64,000 nucleotides of DNA from a virus (lineage: Duplodnaviria > Heunggongvirae > Uroviricota > Caudoviricetes), in the IMG/VR virus record IMGVR_UViG_3300042483_000604, one strand, 5' to 3'. Below, piece after piece: positions 26,933 to 38,793 of the stretch (position 1 is its first letter; the number at the start of each line of letters is the position of its first letter). The notes under the pieces were generated by a model that saw only the letters and a list, made by a program, of their open reading frames with translations, made no database searches and had not been told where the DNA came from. Both the position numbers and the translations under genes were made by a program.

Positions 26933-28466
26933 TTACAATTTGTTTTAATTCGTCAATTTGTTTTTGCTGGTCTTTAATACACTCAACTAGAAGCGGTATA
27001 ATTTTATCATACTGAACAGCTTTCATTCCGCTTTCTCTTGTCTGAACTATTTCCGGTAATACTTGTTCAACTTCTTGAGCAATAACTCCTATATCATGTC
27101 CTTTATTTCCATGAACTGGTTCGTCTTCGATCCAATCAAATTCAACTCCATTAATTTGAGATAATTTTTCTAAAGGAGAATTAATATTTTTAATATTCTT
27201 TTTCCATCTCTTATCTGAAGATGAATAAGCTACTATGTCATTTGAAGCTTCAAATCTACCAGCTGTGTTAGTTGGTACTATATTAAGTCCCAAAGCTCCT
27301 CCACTTGTTAAATTCAACCAACCAGCATTTGCTGTACCGAAAACCATCCTATCGTTTGTATGCTGGTATTGTACATATCCTCTCCAAGGATCATTACCAC
27401 TAGCTCCATCTCCGAAAGCTAAAGTACCATTTCCTGCAGTTCCTGATCCAATACATATTTCAGGAGATCCACTAAATGCTCCAACTTGGAAATCCCTAAC
27501 CATTGATGTAGTGCTTACCCCTACTCTACCGCTACTATCAATAACCATTCTAGCTGTTCCTGCAGTTGAGAATCCTAATGTATCAGCTGAGATGTTATAC
27601 ATACCTGTATTAGTATCTGATGTGAATGCAAAAGATGGAGCTCCTGCTGTTCCTGCACCTGCTCTAACAGTTCCTAGTCCTGTTAAATCAGAATATCCAT
27701 TTCCTAATGACATATTAGTTGAACCTATCTGTATTGCACTATTTACTAGTTGTGAATTTGCAATACTTCCTAATGTTCCTCCTAAAGTTAAATTTCCTGT
27801 TGTAGAAACTGTTCCTGTTAATGTAATTCCATTTACTGTACCTGTACCTCCTACAGAAGTTACTGTTCCAGTATTAGTAGTATATCCTGAGTTATTTGTA
27901 AACTGTGATATATTCATTGAAGTCAGAGCAGTCGCTGTTGAAGCATTACCTGTTAATGCTCCTGAGAAGGTACCTGCTGTTAACGTGTTTGAAGATGGGT
28001 TGTAGGTTAGGTTTCCAAGATTTGTATACAATGTTTGAGGGGTTCCGTTGCCATTTGATGCGAAAACTAAATACCTTGTTGCATTAGTACCTTCGTTATA
28101 GACAAGACTAGTGCGACTAAAGTCAGCTCCTCCAGCTAGTGAACCTGTTATAAAAGCGCTTGATCCTATTACTCTAATAGGAGGTGCACTGTATTGTCCA
28201 ATGTTTACACTATTATTTGCAAAAGCTTCTATTACTGGAAGTCCTGCTATGGTATTTACTGAAAATAATGAATCAGATAAATCGTCAGATACTGAGAATA
28301 ATCTTCCGTTATTTCCATCTATTGAAAATAAATCTGTTCTTCCAGTTGATCCTGAACCGTATAGGGTTAGGGATCCGGAAGGATCTTGTGTTATTCTTTC
28401 TATAAAGTTTAACGAACTTGTAAAGCTCATTATTGCATTTCCGGGTACTATTCTAATATCTGGCAT
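26916..28466 (-). CDS. Tail fibre protein with C-terminal intramolecular chaperone (peptidase S74)
   Basis: SSDKRWKKNIKNI...GVEFDW...IGVIAQEVEQVLPEIV...YDKIIPLLVECIKDQQKQIDEL. Confidence 0.88.
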   Translation of the reverse strand: MPDIRIVPGNAIMSFTSSLNFIERITQDPSGSLTLYGSGSTGRTDLFSIDGNNGRLFSVSDDLSDSLFSVNTIAGLPVIEAFANNSVNIGQYSAPPIRVIGSSAFITGSLAGGADFSRTSLVYNEGTNATRYLVFASNGNGTPQTLYTNLGNLTYNPSSNTLTAGTFSGALTGNASTATALTSMNISQFTNNSGYTTNTGTVTSVGGTGTVNGITLTGTVSTTGNLTLGGTLGSIANSQLVNSAIQIGSTNMSLGNGYSDLTGLGTVRAGAGTAGAPSFAFTSDTNTGMYNISADTLGFSTAGTARMVIDSSGRVGVSTTSMVRDFQVGAFSGSPEICIGSGTAGNGTLAFGDGASGNDPWRGYVQYQHTNDRMVFGTANAGWLNLTSGGALGLNIVPTNTAGRFEASNDIVAYSSSDKRWKKNIKNINSPLEKLSQINGVEFDWIEDEPVHGNKGHDIGVIAQEVEQVLPEIVQTRESGMKAVQYDKIIPLLVECIKDQQKQIDELKQIVNGITS

Positions 28467-28470
28467 ATTC

Positions 28471-28812
28471 TTATCTTAATTCTTCCATTGGTTTAGTCCA
28501 CTCTTCAGTTGATAATATATGAAGAATTTCTTCATGAGTATACTCTGTATCACCTTCTTGGTAAATATTTGGTCTTCCGTATACCCCTGCTTCTGTAGTA
28601 CATACTTCAGGTTCTCCTGTTTCTGCATTTATAAATTCAGTTTGACATGTAACCGGTACTTCTATAATTTCATACTTAATAAAAGTCTTAGTACCATCTA
28701 CCGATAGTCTTAAACTCTCTGGTGATGATTCTAATACTTGATTGAAATCAATCGATCCTGTTGCTGTGGTTGGTATTATTAACCATCTTCTATTTGGAAA
28801 TTGTGTACTCAT
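28471..28812 (-). CDS. Hypothetical protein
   Basis: ORF with IDFNQVLESSPESLRLSVDGTKTFIKY...YTHEEILHILSTEEW. Confidence 0.6.
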   Translation of the reverse strand: MSTQFPNRRWLIIPTTATGSIDFNQVLESSPESLRLSVDGTKTFIKYEIIEVPVTCQTEFINAETGEPEVCTTEAGVYGRPNIYQEGDTEYTHEEILHILSTEEWTKPMEELR

Positions 28813-28824
28813 ATATAATAAATA

Positions 28825-30093
28825 TTAACTTAAGTTGAATCTTGTTTTATAATGTAAATAATTCTGTCTTAACTCAGATGCTGAAAGTGTTCTGTTGTAG
28901 TGTTTAAATACAGGTATCTCTCCCTGCCATGGACTTCCTCCTAAATCTGCTCCTACCCAGTACCTATCTCCTCCTGTAGGGCTAATTGAATTACTGTGAA
29001 TCGATACATCGTTTCCTACCTTATTTCCATTTACATAAAATGAAATAATATTACTTACCCTATTTACTACAATTGCCATGTGGTAGTACTGTGTTGTTGT
29101 TGTTGCAACAAATCCTCCGTCTTGAAAATGCAAGTACTGGTTACCGCCGTAGTTTAAGAAAAGACATCCCTGTCCTGTACTGTAGTAGTTATGTACCCAT
29201 AGATACCCTGCTAAACTATCTCCCCTAGACTCTAGTAAGCAATGTCCAGAAGTTTTTGACTGCTTCATTACACATTCAAGGGTAAAATTACTAGTACCCA
29301 TTCTATAAGCTGTAGGATTACCTGCTGCAATATAATCATTCGTACCATCGAAAGTCATTTGTGCATTTGAATCAAAAGATACGTTTGTTAGATCTATTGT
29401 TGAATTTCCTACCAATGGTAAAAGTCCTTGTGTTACTGAACGGGTAGTCCCTGATGGTATTATTTGCTTAGGAGGTCTTATTGTACTTCCAGGAGTTATT
29501 GCTATAGCAGCTATTGATACTTTATCTGCTACATTATAGTTATAGTACCATAATCCTGTATATCCTTTAACAGCAGTTCCTCCTACTGTAAATGTATTCC
29601 AAGCATGAAACCATCCATCTCCTAGGGATTCCATTTTATTTGTATCCAATAATCCATACTCTGTTATATATGATTCCCCACTTGTATATTGATAGTGGTA
29701 CATAAAATTAGGATGTGTATATCCTGAACGTGTTTTGAATATAATTTGATAAGTATATGTTTGGCCGGGAGTCCATATGGGACTGTTGAAACCTCCTGTA
29801 TAGTTAAATAAATTAGGGCAGCATGCATTTCCTGAAGCTGAGTTATTAATTTCAATGCTCTGCACATTAACTGTTCCTAATGCTGGTATATTTACAGTTT
29901 CAGCATATCCGTTAGTTTCAAAAAATACACCAGGTGAGTATGTAGTAAGGCTGTATCCGTTATAGTTCCTATTAACTCCTGTTGTTATGTTAGTACCTGG
30001 CTGTCCAATATAACTATTTCTAAAATCTGCTACATCGTAAGCAAACACCGATCCTGATGTGACTGTTTTTCCGTATCCTTGTGCTACTGCCAT
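28825..30093 (-). CDS. LamG/concanavalin A-like domain virion protein
   Basis: FDGTNDY...YYHMAIV...FYVNG...WQGEIPVFKHYNRTLSASELRQNY. Confidence 0.8.
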   Translation of the reverse strand: MAVAQGYGKTVTSGSVFAYDVADFRNSYIGQPGTNITTGVNRNYNGYSLTTYSPGVFFETNGYAETVNIPALGTVNVQSIEINNSASGNACCPNLFNYTGGFNSPIWTPGQTYTYQIIFKTRSGYTHPNFMYHYQYTSGESYITEYGLLDTNKMESLGDGWFHAWNTFTVGGTAVKGYTGLWYYNYNVADKVSIAAIAITPGSTIRPPKQIIPSGTTRSVTQGLLPLVGNSTIDLTNVSFDSNAQMTFDGTNDYIAAGNPTAYRMGTSNFTLECVMKQSKTSGHCLLESRGDSLAGYLWVHNYYSTGQGCLFLNYGGNQYLHFQDGGFVATTTTQYYHMAIVVNRVSNIISFYVNGNKVGNDVSIHSNSISPTGGDRYWVGADLGGSPWQGEIPVFKHYNRTLSASELRQNYLHYKTRFNLS

Positions 30094-30094
30094 A

Positions 30095-31243
30095 TTAACT
30101 TAAATTAAAACGTGTTTTGTATTGTTGGTAGTTTTGTCTTACTTCTTGGGCTGTTAATGCTCTGTTGTATATTTTTGTTACAGGTATTTGTCCATTAAAA
30201 GCATAATTATCTACGTCTCTACCTAACTTTAAAGAAGTAGCTGTTATCAAGGTTGCAGGAGATACCCCATTTTGATAGTATATATCAGTTTTGATCCCAT
30301 CTAACCATATATCGTAAGTTGTACCATTCCAATTAAACAACACGTGGTGGTATCCTACCCCTGCATATACTCTATTTGATGTTGCTCCTCCGCCTGACCA
30401 TATATGAATAGCTTCATTAGTCATTCCTCCTGTCCAAGCTCCTAAATGTACCCCTGTCCTATCCCCGTTAAATTCTATGGGCGTTTGGTATGTTGTAGGA
30501 CCACCAATTGCAGTATCGTTGTTAGGGATAGCATTATTATTATACCATACCATTTCTAAGCAGTATACCCCTATGCTTGAAGGAAGTGTTACTGAAGCAT
30601 AATCATTCGTACCATCAAATACCATTTTAGCATTTGAATCAAAAGATACATTTGATAAATCTAAGGTACTGTTTCCTATTACTGGAAGAAGTCCTTGTGT
30701 TGCTGAACGAGTTCCATTTACAAATTGAGTTGGGTAGGATTTTTGCTCTATTTGAAGATTAGCTAAATAGTAAGTTGATACAGGTTGACCATTACTATAT
30801 TGCAGGGTTACGTAAAGGTAATCCTGAGAAGTAGCTGTAAAAGTTGTCGATACTCTATTCCATTGCCCTTTTACCCCTGTATATCCTGGTGCACCGTATC
30901 CAAAATAAGATATAGTAGTATTATCACTTGTAAAGTATATATAGAAAGAATAGGTATATGTTACACCGGGTGTTAGTATTGAGGATAGTCCTGTAAGGTA
31001 AACTCCATTCCAGTCTTGTGCTGGGTTCGAAGTATTCCTCAATGTAGCATTTCCAAATAAAGTAAATCCTGTATCAGTTACATGAGTACCTCCATGATCA
31101 TTATACGATGTTAATAGTACATTACTTGATGGAAGTACATTAACCGTAGGTTGTCCTCTATAGGAATTACTCACATCACCTGTATCGTAAGCGAATACTA
31201 AATTACTTTCTCCTAATGTATTTGGTCCTCCTGCTACTGGCAT
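30095..31243 (-). CDS. LamG/concanavalin A-like domain virion protein (paralogue)
   Basis: FDGTNDY...YHHVLFNWNG...IWLDG...FNGQIPVTKIYNRALTAQEVRQNY; a carbohydrate-binding-like segment upstream. Confidence 0.8.
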   Translation of the reverse strand: MPVAGGPNTLGESNLVFAYDTGDVSNSYRGQPTVNVLPSSNVLLTSYNDHGGTHVTDTGFTLFGNATLRNTSNPAQDWNGVYLTGLSSILTPGVTYTYSFYIYFTSDNTTISYFGYGAPGYTGVKGQWNRVSTTFTATSQDYLYVTLQYSNGQPVSTYYLANLQIEQKSYPTQFVNGTRSATQGLLPVIGNSTLDLSNVSFDSNAKMVFDGTNDYASVTLPSSIGVYCLEMVWYNNNAIPNNDTAIGGPTTYQTPIEFNGDRTGVHLGAWTGGMTNEAIHIWSGGGATSNRVYAGVGYHHVLFNWNGTTYDIWLDGIKTDIYYQNGVSPATLITATSLKLGRDVDNYAFNGQIPVTKIYNRALTAQEVRQNYQQYKTRFNLS

Positions 31244-31244
31244 A

Positions 31245-31466
31245 TTATATAAATCTTTCTACTTCTACTATGTTCCAGTATGGTAATCCTCTTAACTGAG
31301 TTTCCCATCCGTCGAAGTATTCTTTATTAGTATTTTCTTCAGATAAAACTAATCCTCTTTGTTCAAATATTATATTTCCTTCTAAATCTGTAATTACTTT
31401 ATCCCATGTACCCACTCCTTGAGTGAGTATTAATTTCATAGGTTTTAATTGTGTGTTTGCTGGCAT
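31245..31466 (-). CDS. Small hypothetical protein
   Basis: ORF tightly packed between its neighbours. Confidence 0.5.
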   Translation of the reverse strand: MPANTQLKPMKLILTQGVGTWDKVITDLEGNIIFEQRGLVLSEENTNKEYFDGWETQLRGLPYWNIVEVERFI

Positions 31467-31468
31467 AA

Positions 31469-32203
31469 TTATTTTATATAAACTGCTCCGTAGTTATGTA
31501 AATCAGATCCTGCTCCTGCCCAGTTAGGTTGGGCAGCATATCCCCCTCCTGCAGCGAAGTAATTACCATCCCAACAAGCTCCATACCACCATGGCTGGTT
31601 ACCGAAAGCAGTAGAGCAGTTGCTTCCGTAAGCATCTTGATCTTGATCGTAAGTTGAGAGTGAGAATCCATTTGCAGCATGATAACCGTACATACCTGGT
31701 GCTCCTGTTGATGTTTCATCGCTTATAGCTGCTACTCCTGTAAATGCGTAAGTACTCGAAAAGCTATTAAATCTCCACCTATATCTTTTTGCATGTAATC
31801 CTGTTGATCCTAATGCTGCTCCTACTGTCGAAGATACAAATTGTACTACTGTTACATAGCTTGAATTTACTCTTTTTCCTAATAATTCCCAATACTTAGT
31901 TCCTATCCAAATATTATAATTTGATAATCCTGATAGAGGTGAATACGGATCTACTACCGGTCCTGCTGTATTTACAGAACCTCCTGTCCTATAGTTACTT
32001 GTATTTACAGCATTTGAGTATGTTAAGTTTGTCATACCTCCTGTATTTTCCCTATTGGCTAATACACATATCCAACCACCACCATCATACTCCTGGTCTA
32101 CATATACAGTAACGTATTCCCCTCCAAGTTTTATTGAATAAAAACCTGAAGGACCTCTTACGTCTGAAACTTTGTTATGTCTTGGTCCATGAATCTCAGC
32201 CAT
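31469..32203 (-). CDS. Fibrinogen C-terminal (FReD) domain protein
   Basis: VYVDQEYDGGGWICV...FSLSTYDQDQDAYGSNCS...PWWYGACW matches the fibrinogen-related GGGW / FSTxDxDND..NC / WWY..C pattern. Confidence 0.75.
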   Translation of the reverse strand: MAEIHGPRHNKVSDVRGPSGFYSIKLGGEYVTVYVDQEYDGGGWICVLANRENTGGMTNLTYSNAVNTSNYRTGGSVNTAGPVVDPYSPLSGLSNYNIWIGTKYWELLGKRVNSSYVTVVQFVSSTVGAALGSTGLHAKRYRWRFNSFSSTYAFTGVAAISDETSTGAPGMYGYHAANGFSLSTYDQDQDAYGSNCSTAFGNQPWWYGACWDGNYFAAGGGYAAQPNWAGAGSDLHNYGAVYIK

Positions 32204-35200
32204 TACTTATCGAATTCTGTTATTAATTTCTCAATATCTTTTCTTTCAGCAAATACTGTATAGAAGCAGTTTATTTCATTTTCTGATCCTACCGTAATAG
32301 TAGTGTCTGTTACCGTTTCTACCCATAGGTCTTGTCTTTTACCTATTGGTGTTAGGTTCACTGTAATTGTATCTTCATGTACAAGTCCTGTCCAGTGGTC
32401 TGGAAGTGTAATTGTATTGTTGTTTGTTAATTTTCCTCTTACGTAAACTGAATGTTCTGGTCCCTCTAATACTCCGTATTGAAGTTTTTTACCTTCTTTG
32501 GTTGGGTGATCAATGATGAACGATTTTACAGTTGCTGTAAGTGTTCCTGTTATGTTTGTATTTCCGTTTACATCTAGTTTATATCCTGGTGATGTTGTTC
32601 CAATACCTACGTTACCGCCATTTGGATTTAAAGATAAGTTATAATTTATAGCGTGATTACCTTTATTTGTAGCCTGTAGCCATGCATACGTTGCAGGACC
32701 CGATACCCCAATATGCATACCCATGTCTAGAGCTTCACCCCATCCTTCTGTACTGGCTGGATCTACTCTAAAGATTCCGTTTTGAGTTGTACCTGAAGTT
32801 GCAGGTTGACCTTCATCTCCTCTAACATGAAGTTTTTGAGAAGGGGAAGATTCTCCTATACCTACGTTACCGTTGTTCTTGATAATCATTTTGGTAGTTC
32901 CTGCTGTATTAGCTCCTCCCGTACCAAAGTCTATGTCAGGAGAACTTACTGCAGAACCTAGATTCATGTAAGTTGTACCGTAACTGCTATTCAATATTGT
33001 CCAACCTGAACCATTCCATAGCTGGTTCATACATAACATAGTGTCAGGTGATACAGCTGTACCGTACGTACCCCATCTAAATGCTGCTCCTACGGATGCG
33101 TTTTGTTGAAAATGTGCTAATCCGCCAACTACATCTAACTTGTTTGTTGGGTTATTTGTTCCAATACCTACGTTACCTGCCGAAGTAATACGCATCTTCT
33201 CCGTAATAGAAGAGTTGGTATTAGTTGTTCCTAATATTAAAGCTCCATTCCAACTGCTAGCACTTCCTTCTTTTATACCTTGAATTTTTCCAAAAACATA
33301 TGGAGTAGTTCCTGTTGTTGTATTTGTTCCTCCTAATGCTATAGATCCCCCTATATCAGCCGCTGCTGTATTAGTTGTAAATACATTGATGTTTCCGTAA
33401 CTATCAAATATTTCGTTTGTGTCTGCAACGTGTAATTTAGCAGTTGGACTTGTAGTTCCAATACCTACATTACCGTCTTCTGCAATTGTTAACTTAGCAT
33501 CTGCAAGGGTAGCGTTATTTGCATCTCCTTGAGGTCCGTTTAGTATATGTATTTTTCCTTGAGCGTTATTTGCTGTGAGGTCTGTTCTTTCAAATACTAT
33601 TGCAGATTTTCTATATAAGTTGTTAGATTCTCTATATCCAAAATGAATACCTGCAAATTGACCAACACCTATTGAATTAACACCAACAGAAACAAAATTA
33701 TTACCGTCTGAGATTACTTCTAATGGTCTTTGAGGGCTGCTTGTTCCAATACCTAACCTTCCATTACTGTTATCCCAAAAGAAATTCGCATTTGAAGATT
33801 GAGAAGTTGTTCCTGTCCAAAAAGCTACTCGTCCATTTGCTCCTGTTCCTGTTACTGGATTTGTAAGTGCTAATTGGAAAGCACTTGCATGATTTCCATC
33901 TAATAAATCTGCATCTAATCCTGATGAAGCTCCGTCATTTCCTGCATGCCAATACTTATCTCCTGAATTGTCTGATGATCCTTTCCATAGATCTCCATCT
34001 GAACCCATCCAAGCAACAATTCCTGATGCTCCGTTACCGAACCCTGTTCCTGTTGTTCCTGCGTAGTAGTTTAAGTATATTCCATTATTGCTGTTTGCAG
34101 CGTCTAGGTGTATGTTACCATCTGTTGTAACAATACTTGCCATTTCAGTTCCTGTAGCAGTTCTGCCATTTCCTCCTATTCTTAGAGAAGATCCCCAACT
34201 TGAGTTTGGTCCAAATGTTATATGGTTATCTGCTCCGGTAGTTAGGTTTCCTGTAAATACGTCATCTGCATCACTTCTTATAAAAGAAGCAGCGTGTAAT
34301 GAGTCTACTGTATCTGCATTGGTAGCTGTTGCAGCATTTCCTGATAAAGCTCCTATAAAAGTCGTAGCTGAAATATCACCTATGATTTCTGTGTTACTTA
34401 TGGCAGGTAAGCTGTTTGAAGCCCATGAAGTAGATGATAAATTTAATGTCTGAGTGCAGTATCCGTCAAATAGAACTACTGGGGAGTTTGTATTCTCTGA
34501 CCATACATATACTCCTACCCATCCGTCTACTACTTCTATATCTCCTATTCTTAAACTATTTCTTGCTGCTCCTACTGCTGCTGATTGTCTTGTCTGTCCT
34601 GAATCTATTGTGGTACTGTTATTTGATGTATATACACCAAACTCTATTTCAAGAACTCCCATAATAGCTGCCCAGTTCCAGGCACCTCCTACTCGAATTC
34701 TACCTCCCATAAAACAAGCTCCTTGTGAGGTTTGGTATAATCTTACAAACCATCTACCGCCACCTGCATTTGCACTTGGTGATGGTAGGGCTATTTGCCT
34801 AATGTAGTGATTTCCGTTTAATAGAAGATTGTTTGCAATTGAAGCATTTGGTGTACCTAATGTTGTTCCGTCAAATGTTAAATTTGCTTCACCATCAACT
34901 GTTGAACCTCCTGTAGCTGTTAATACTCTATTATCTGTATTTCCATTTATAGATAAGGTTGGTCCTGTTGCACCTGTTACTCCTACTGGTCCAGTAGCAC
35001 CACTAACACCTATTACACCTGTTGCACCTGATACTCCGATTACCCCAGTAGCCCCAGATACACCTGTTGGCCCTACTACTCCTGTTGCCCCGCTTACTCC
35101 AGTCGGACCTGTTAAACCAGTTGCCCCAGATACTCCGATTACACCGGTAGCACCGCTTACTCCTGTTGGCCCTACTACTCCTGTTGCTCCGCTTACCCCT

Positions 35201-38200
35201 GTTGGTCCGGTAAGACCAGTAGCACCTGATACTCCGATTACTCCTGTTGCTCCTGATACACCTGTTGGACCTGTTAAACCAGTTGCACCACTTACTCCGA
35301 TTACCCCAGTTGCACCGCTTACTCCTATTACTCCTGTAGCTCCTTGAGGTCCTGTAGCACCTTGAATACCGGTAGCTCCAGCCACTGTTGGTGTTTGAGC
35401 AAACATAGCATAAGAAGCAGTTCCAAATAATGAACCTGTTATACTTCCTTGTACTTTTATTGATCCTGTAACATTCATTACATCATCTGATGAATCACCA
35501 AATTTTGTTGAACCTGATTGGTATATAATAGAAGATGATACAAATTCTGTATGGAATTCTTCTGCTGTTATTTTTCCTGTTACTGTAAGTGATCCTGTTA
35601 TGATTGCATTACCGTTTACATCTAGTTTTGCATTTGGAGTTGTTGTTCCAATACCTACGTTACCTGACGAGCTTATCATCATTCTTGTGGTAGTTCCTCC
35701 TGTTGCAAATTCTAAATTTCCACCACTATCAGTAACGTTTGTGTTAGAACCTATAAATGCGAAGACATTATTACCACTATTTGCCCACTGTACTGATCCG
35801 TTTGTTGTACTATCAGTTGTCTGTAATCTTACAATAGGTGCTGTGGCTGCTGCTTTAGCTATATGAAGTGCCGTGGAAGGGCCTGTTGTTCCAATACCTA
35901 CGTTACCTGCTGAGGTAATTATTGCTTTTTCTGATCCGTTTGTTTTGAAATTTATATTATTTGAAGAAACCCATATCTGATTGTCAGTTGTATTACCTAA
36001 GTCAATTGTTGGTGTCTGTATTCTTAATGATCCATTTATGTCTAAAGCCCTAAACGGTGTTGTTGTTCCAATACCTACGTTACCTGAAGAGTCAATACGC
36101 ATTCTTTCGGTTAAAACATTACTTGTATTGGCATTATAAAAACGTAATTCGCTTCCGTTTGCACTACTAGCAACATCCGTTGCTTCTATTCTTGCTCTAT
36201 TTTCTTGTGAAAATCCTAAAAAATTTAATTGTGTTAATTCTGGATTTGCTGTTGTTCCAGCATTTGAATTTGATATACTTATTGAAGTTGTTCCACTACC
36301 TAAAACATTAAGTTTTGAAATAGGACTTGTCGTTCCAATACCAACATTTGTACCGTTGTCAAATATTAAAGAGTTTCCAATGGCTGTACCACTTGTAAAT
36401 TTAGCAACATAATTTGTTGTACCACTTACTCCTGGTCCTGTGGCTCCAGTAACCCCTGTTGGACCTGTTAATCCTGTTGCTCCACTAACACCAATTACTC
36501 CGGTTGCACCTGTTACTCCTATTGGACCTGTTGCTCCTTGAATACCAGTCGGTCCTGTTAAACCTGTTGCTCCTGATACACCAACTACTCCTGTAGCTCC
36601 GCTAACACCTACTGCTCCTGTTGGTCCAGTCAATCCTGTAGCTCCGCTTACTCCAATTACCCCTGTTGCACCTGATACTCCGGTTGGACCTGTAAGTCCT
36701 GTTGCTCCTGATACTCCAATTGGACCGGTTGCTCCTTGAATACCGGTTGGTCCTGTTAGTCCTGTAGCTCCTTGTGGACCTGTAGGTCCGGTTGCACCGG
36801 TTACCCCTGCTATTCCAGAAACTGTAATTACATTACCACTTGAATCTGTTGCTAGATATGCTGCTGCTGTTCCTGGAAATGCTGCTGTGCTGTTGTAAGC
36901 CGGCATTGCCATTTGCTTACTATGCATACTCCACCAAGCTACTTCTGCATCACTTCCAGCGTTTGTACCTCTTAGTATTCTAAGTCTGTTTTGATAAAGA
37001 TCAAACATTGACGCAGATGTATAAGTACCTCCTGAAGCATTAAATCCTAATTGACCTCCTTCTCCTGCTGTATCTCTAGCTCCTAAAGTTAAAGTATTTT
37101 CACTTGGTCCTAAAGAACTTGATCCTATTACTGCAGAACCTGTTATAATTGTATTTCCGTTTACATTTAAAGAACTTCCATTAAATGTTAAATTTGCTTC
37201 ACCATTTACTGTTGAACCGCCTGTTGCTGTAAGTATGTAATTATCTGTATTGTTTACTACTGCTAGAGTAGCTCCTGTTGCACCTGTAAGACCTGTTGCT
37301 CCACTTACTCCGACTACTCCCGTAGCTCCACTTACTCCTGTTGGACCTGTTAATCCTGTTGCCCCAGATACTCCGATGACTCCAGTTGGACCTGTAAGTC
37401 CTGTTGGTCCAGTCAATCCTGTAGCTCCTGATACACCTACTACTCCTGTAGCACCTTGAGGTCCAGTTGCTCCTGTTGCCCCTGCTACTGTTGGTGTTTG
37501 TGCAAATAAAGCGTATGAAGCTGTTCCTTGTAAAGAACCTGTTATTCCTGCTGTTACTATTAAAGATCCTGTTACTTGTGTAGTACTGTTTATTGATACA
37601 ACTGATCCATTATCTGATATATTACTATCATTTAGATGTTCTATACCTGTTCCTTTTGGTATTCTGTTTGCTGTTAGGTATGTTTCATTACCTAAATTAT
37701 TATATGTTTCTGGTCCTAATAGGAAAACAGATGATGTTATTGCACCGGCTGATGTTCCTTTATGTACAAATATAAATTCATCTTGAAGTGAATCATATAG
37801 GAATGAACCAGATACTGTTGGTGATGATCCTGAATCAATTACTGCTAATCCTCCAAATCTTGTAGAAGGATTGAAGGTGTTTACTGTAATTAAATTTGTA
37901 CCAATATTAAGTGTTGATTCTGAAATATATTGAATAGATGCAGATCCTAATACTGTTATATTATTTGTTATAGTAAGTGATCCGGTTATTGTTCCTCCTG
38001 TTAGAGGAAGATAGTTTGGAGCCAGTGAAGCTGTTAAAGCATGTGATGCTGTTGTAGCTGTTGTTGCGTTTCCTGTTAATGGTCCTACAAAAGAAGTTGC
38101 ATTTAAAGATCCTGTTAACCCGTAAGATCCGGTTAATTGTCTAGAATTAATCCAAACACTTCCACTTTTTACTAATAAATCTCCATATGATGAAGTTGTT

Positions 38201-38793
38201 GTAGTGTCTACTACATCATGTAATTCTCCTAATTCATATCCATTATCAATACGGACATACATTGAACCATTATTAGTCTGTACTCTTAGTACTTGCCCTA
38301 ATCTTACAGCATGTAATGGTGCTACGGGTGCTGTTCCTATTATAGATCCAGCTGCTCCTAAATAAAGTAATTGTCCTGCTGAGAATGCATTTGTGTTTAT
38401 TCCTATTAAGGTACCTTCAGTTATTACATATCCAAAGCTATCATTAGGGATATCTTGATTGGTAATACCTAAAGTGTTAGCTGAAACTGGATCACTTTCA
38501 TATGAGGCTGTTGATATTAAAGCATTATCACCTGTTGCTCCTGATATTCTTACTACTTTTCCTTTGTTGATTTGAGCTCCAGTTACATTTTTAACATATA
38601 TTAAAATGTCTTGAGCATTTTGAGAATTAGATGCTGTTAATGCAAAATTTGCATATGAAGCTGTTACAGCATTTGAAGCAGAAACTGCCCATGAAGCAGT
38701 TCCGAATAAAGAACTTGTTATTCCGTTTGAAACGGTAAGAGAGTTTAAAGCAGCATCTGAGCCGCTAATTATGACTTTTTTCCAACTTGGCAT
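32203..38793 (-). CDS. Long tail fibre (2196 aa) with collagen-like G-X-Y tracts and GNVGIGT repeats
   Basis: Three G-X-Y tracts, repeated GNVGIGTT hinges, C-terminal [31 protein letters not shown] domain. Confidence 0.85.
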   Translation of the reverse strand: MPSWKKVIISGSDAALNSLTVSNGITSSLFGTASWAVSASNAVTASYANFALTASNSQNAQDILIYVKNVTGAQINKGKVVRISGATGDNALISTASYESDPVSANTLGITNQDIPNDSFGYVITEGTLIGINTNAFSAGQLLYLGAAGSIIGTAPVAPLHAVRLGQVLRVQTNNGSMYVRIDNGYELGELHDVVDTTTTSSYGDLLVKSGSVWINSRQLTGSYGLTGSLNATSFVGPLTGNATTATTASHALTASLAPNYLPLTGGTITGSLTITNNITVLGSASIQYISESTLNIGTNLITVNTFNPSTRFGGLAVIDSGSSPTVSGSFLYDSLQDEFIFVHKGTSAGAITSSVFLLGPETYNNLGNETYLTANRIPKGTGIEHLNDSNISDNGSVVSINSTTQVTGSLIVTAGITGSLQGTASYALFAQTPTVAGATGATGPQGATGVVGVSGATGLTGPTGLTGPTGVIGVSGATGLTGPTGVSGATGVVGVSGATGLTGATGATLAVVNNTDNYILTATGGSTVNGEANLTFNGSSLNVNGNTIITGSAVIGSSSLGPSENTLTLGARDTAGEGGQLGFNASGGTYTSASMFDLYQNRLRILRGTNAGSDAEVAWWSMHSKQMAMPAYNSTAAFPGTAAAYLATDSSGNVITVSGIAGVTGATGPTGPQGATGLTGPTGIQGATGPIGVSGATGLTGPTGVSGATGVIGVSGATGLTGPTGAVGVSGATGVVGVSGATGLTGPTGIQGATGPIGVTGATGVIGVSGATGLTGPTGVTGATGPGVSGTTNYVAKFTSGTAIGNSLIFDNGTNVGIGTTSPISKLNVLGSGTTSISISNSNAGTTANPELTQLNFLGFSQENRARIEATDVASSANGSELRFYNANTSNVLTERMRIDSSGNVGIGTTTPFRALDINGSLRIQTPTIDLGNTTDNQIWVSSNNINFKTNGSEKAIITSAGNVGIGTTGPSTALHIAKAAATAPIVRLQTTDSTTNGSVQWANSGNNVFAFIGSNTNVTDSGGNLEFATGGTTTRMMISSSGNVGIGTTTPNAKLDVNGNAIITGSLTVTGKITAEEFHTEFVSSSIIYQSGSTKFGDSSDDVMNVTGSIKVQGSITGSLFGTASYAMFAQTPTVAGATGIQGATGPQGATGVIGVSGATGVIGVSGATGLTGPTGVSGATGVIGVSGATGLTGPTGVSGATGVVGPTGVSGATGVIGVSGATGLTGPTGVSGATGVVGPTGVSGATGVIGVSGATGVIGVSGATGPVGVTGATGPTLSINGNTDNRVLTATGGSTVDGEANLTFDGTTLGTPNASIANNLLLNGNHYIRQIALPSPSANAGGGRWFVRLYQTSQGACFMGGRIRVGGAWNWAAIMGVLEIEFGVYTSNNSTTIDSGQTRQSAAVGAARNSLRIGDIEVVDGWVGVYVWSENTNSPVVLFDGYCTQTLNLSSTSWASNSLPAISNTEIIGDISATTFIGALSGNAATATNADTVDSLHAASFIRSDADDVFTGNLTTGADNHITFGPNSSWGSSLRIGGNGRTATGTEMASIVTTDGNIHLDAANSNNGIYLNYYAGTTGTGFGNGASGIVAWMGSDGDLWKGSSDNSGDKYWHAGNDGASSGLDADLLDGNHASAFQLALTNPVTGTGANGRVAFWTGTTSQSSNANFFWDNSNGRLGIGTSSPQRPLEVISDGNNFVSVGVNSIGVGQFAGIHFGYRESNNLYRKSAIVFERTDLTANNAQGKIHILNGPQGDANNATLADAKLTIAEDGNVGIGTTSPTAKLHVADTNEIFDSYGNINVFTTNTAAADIGGSIALGGTNTTTGTTPYVFGKIQGIKEGSASSWNGALILGTTNTNSSITEKMRITSAGNVGIGTNNPTNKLDVVGGLAHFQQNASVGAAFRWGTYGTAVSPDTMLCMNQLWNGSGWTILNSSYGTTYMNLGSAVSSPDIDFGTGGANTAGTTKMIIKNNGNVGIGESSPSQKLHVRGDEGQPATSGTTQNGIFRVDPASTEGWGEALDMGMHIGVSGPATYAWLQATNKGNHAINYNLSLNPNGGNVGIGTTSPGYKLDVNGNTNITGTLTATVKSFIIDHPTKEGKKLQYGVLEGPEHSVYVRGKLTNNNTITLPDHWTGLVHEDTITVNLTPIGKRQDLWVETVTDTTITVGSENEINCFYTVFAERKDIEKLITEFDK
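34960..35385 (-). repeat. Collagen-like 9-bp-periodic repeat tract 3
   Basis: (GATG/GVSG/GPTG/GVIG)n. Confidence 0.85.
36430..36810 (-). repeat. Collagen-like repeat tract 2
   Basis: G-X-Y repeats. Confidence 0.85.
37260..37490 (-). repeat. Collagen-like repeat tract 1
   Basis: G-X-Y repeats. Confidence 0.85.

Noticed and set aside
28825-32203. Diversity-generating retroelement targeting the lectin/LamG genes
   Set aside because: There is no reverse transcriptase in the window, and the repeated DNA between paralogues does not show adenine-specific mismatches.
32597-37490. CRISPR array
   Set aside because: The repeats are in-frame coding repeats with irregular, long spacing; no cas genes or leader.
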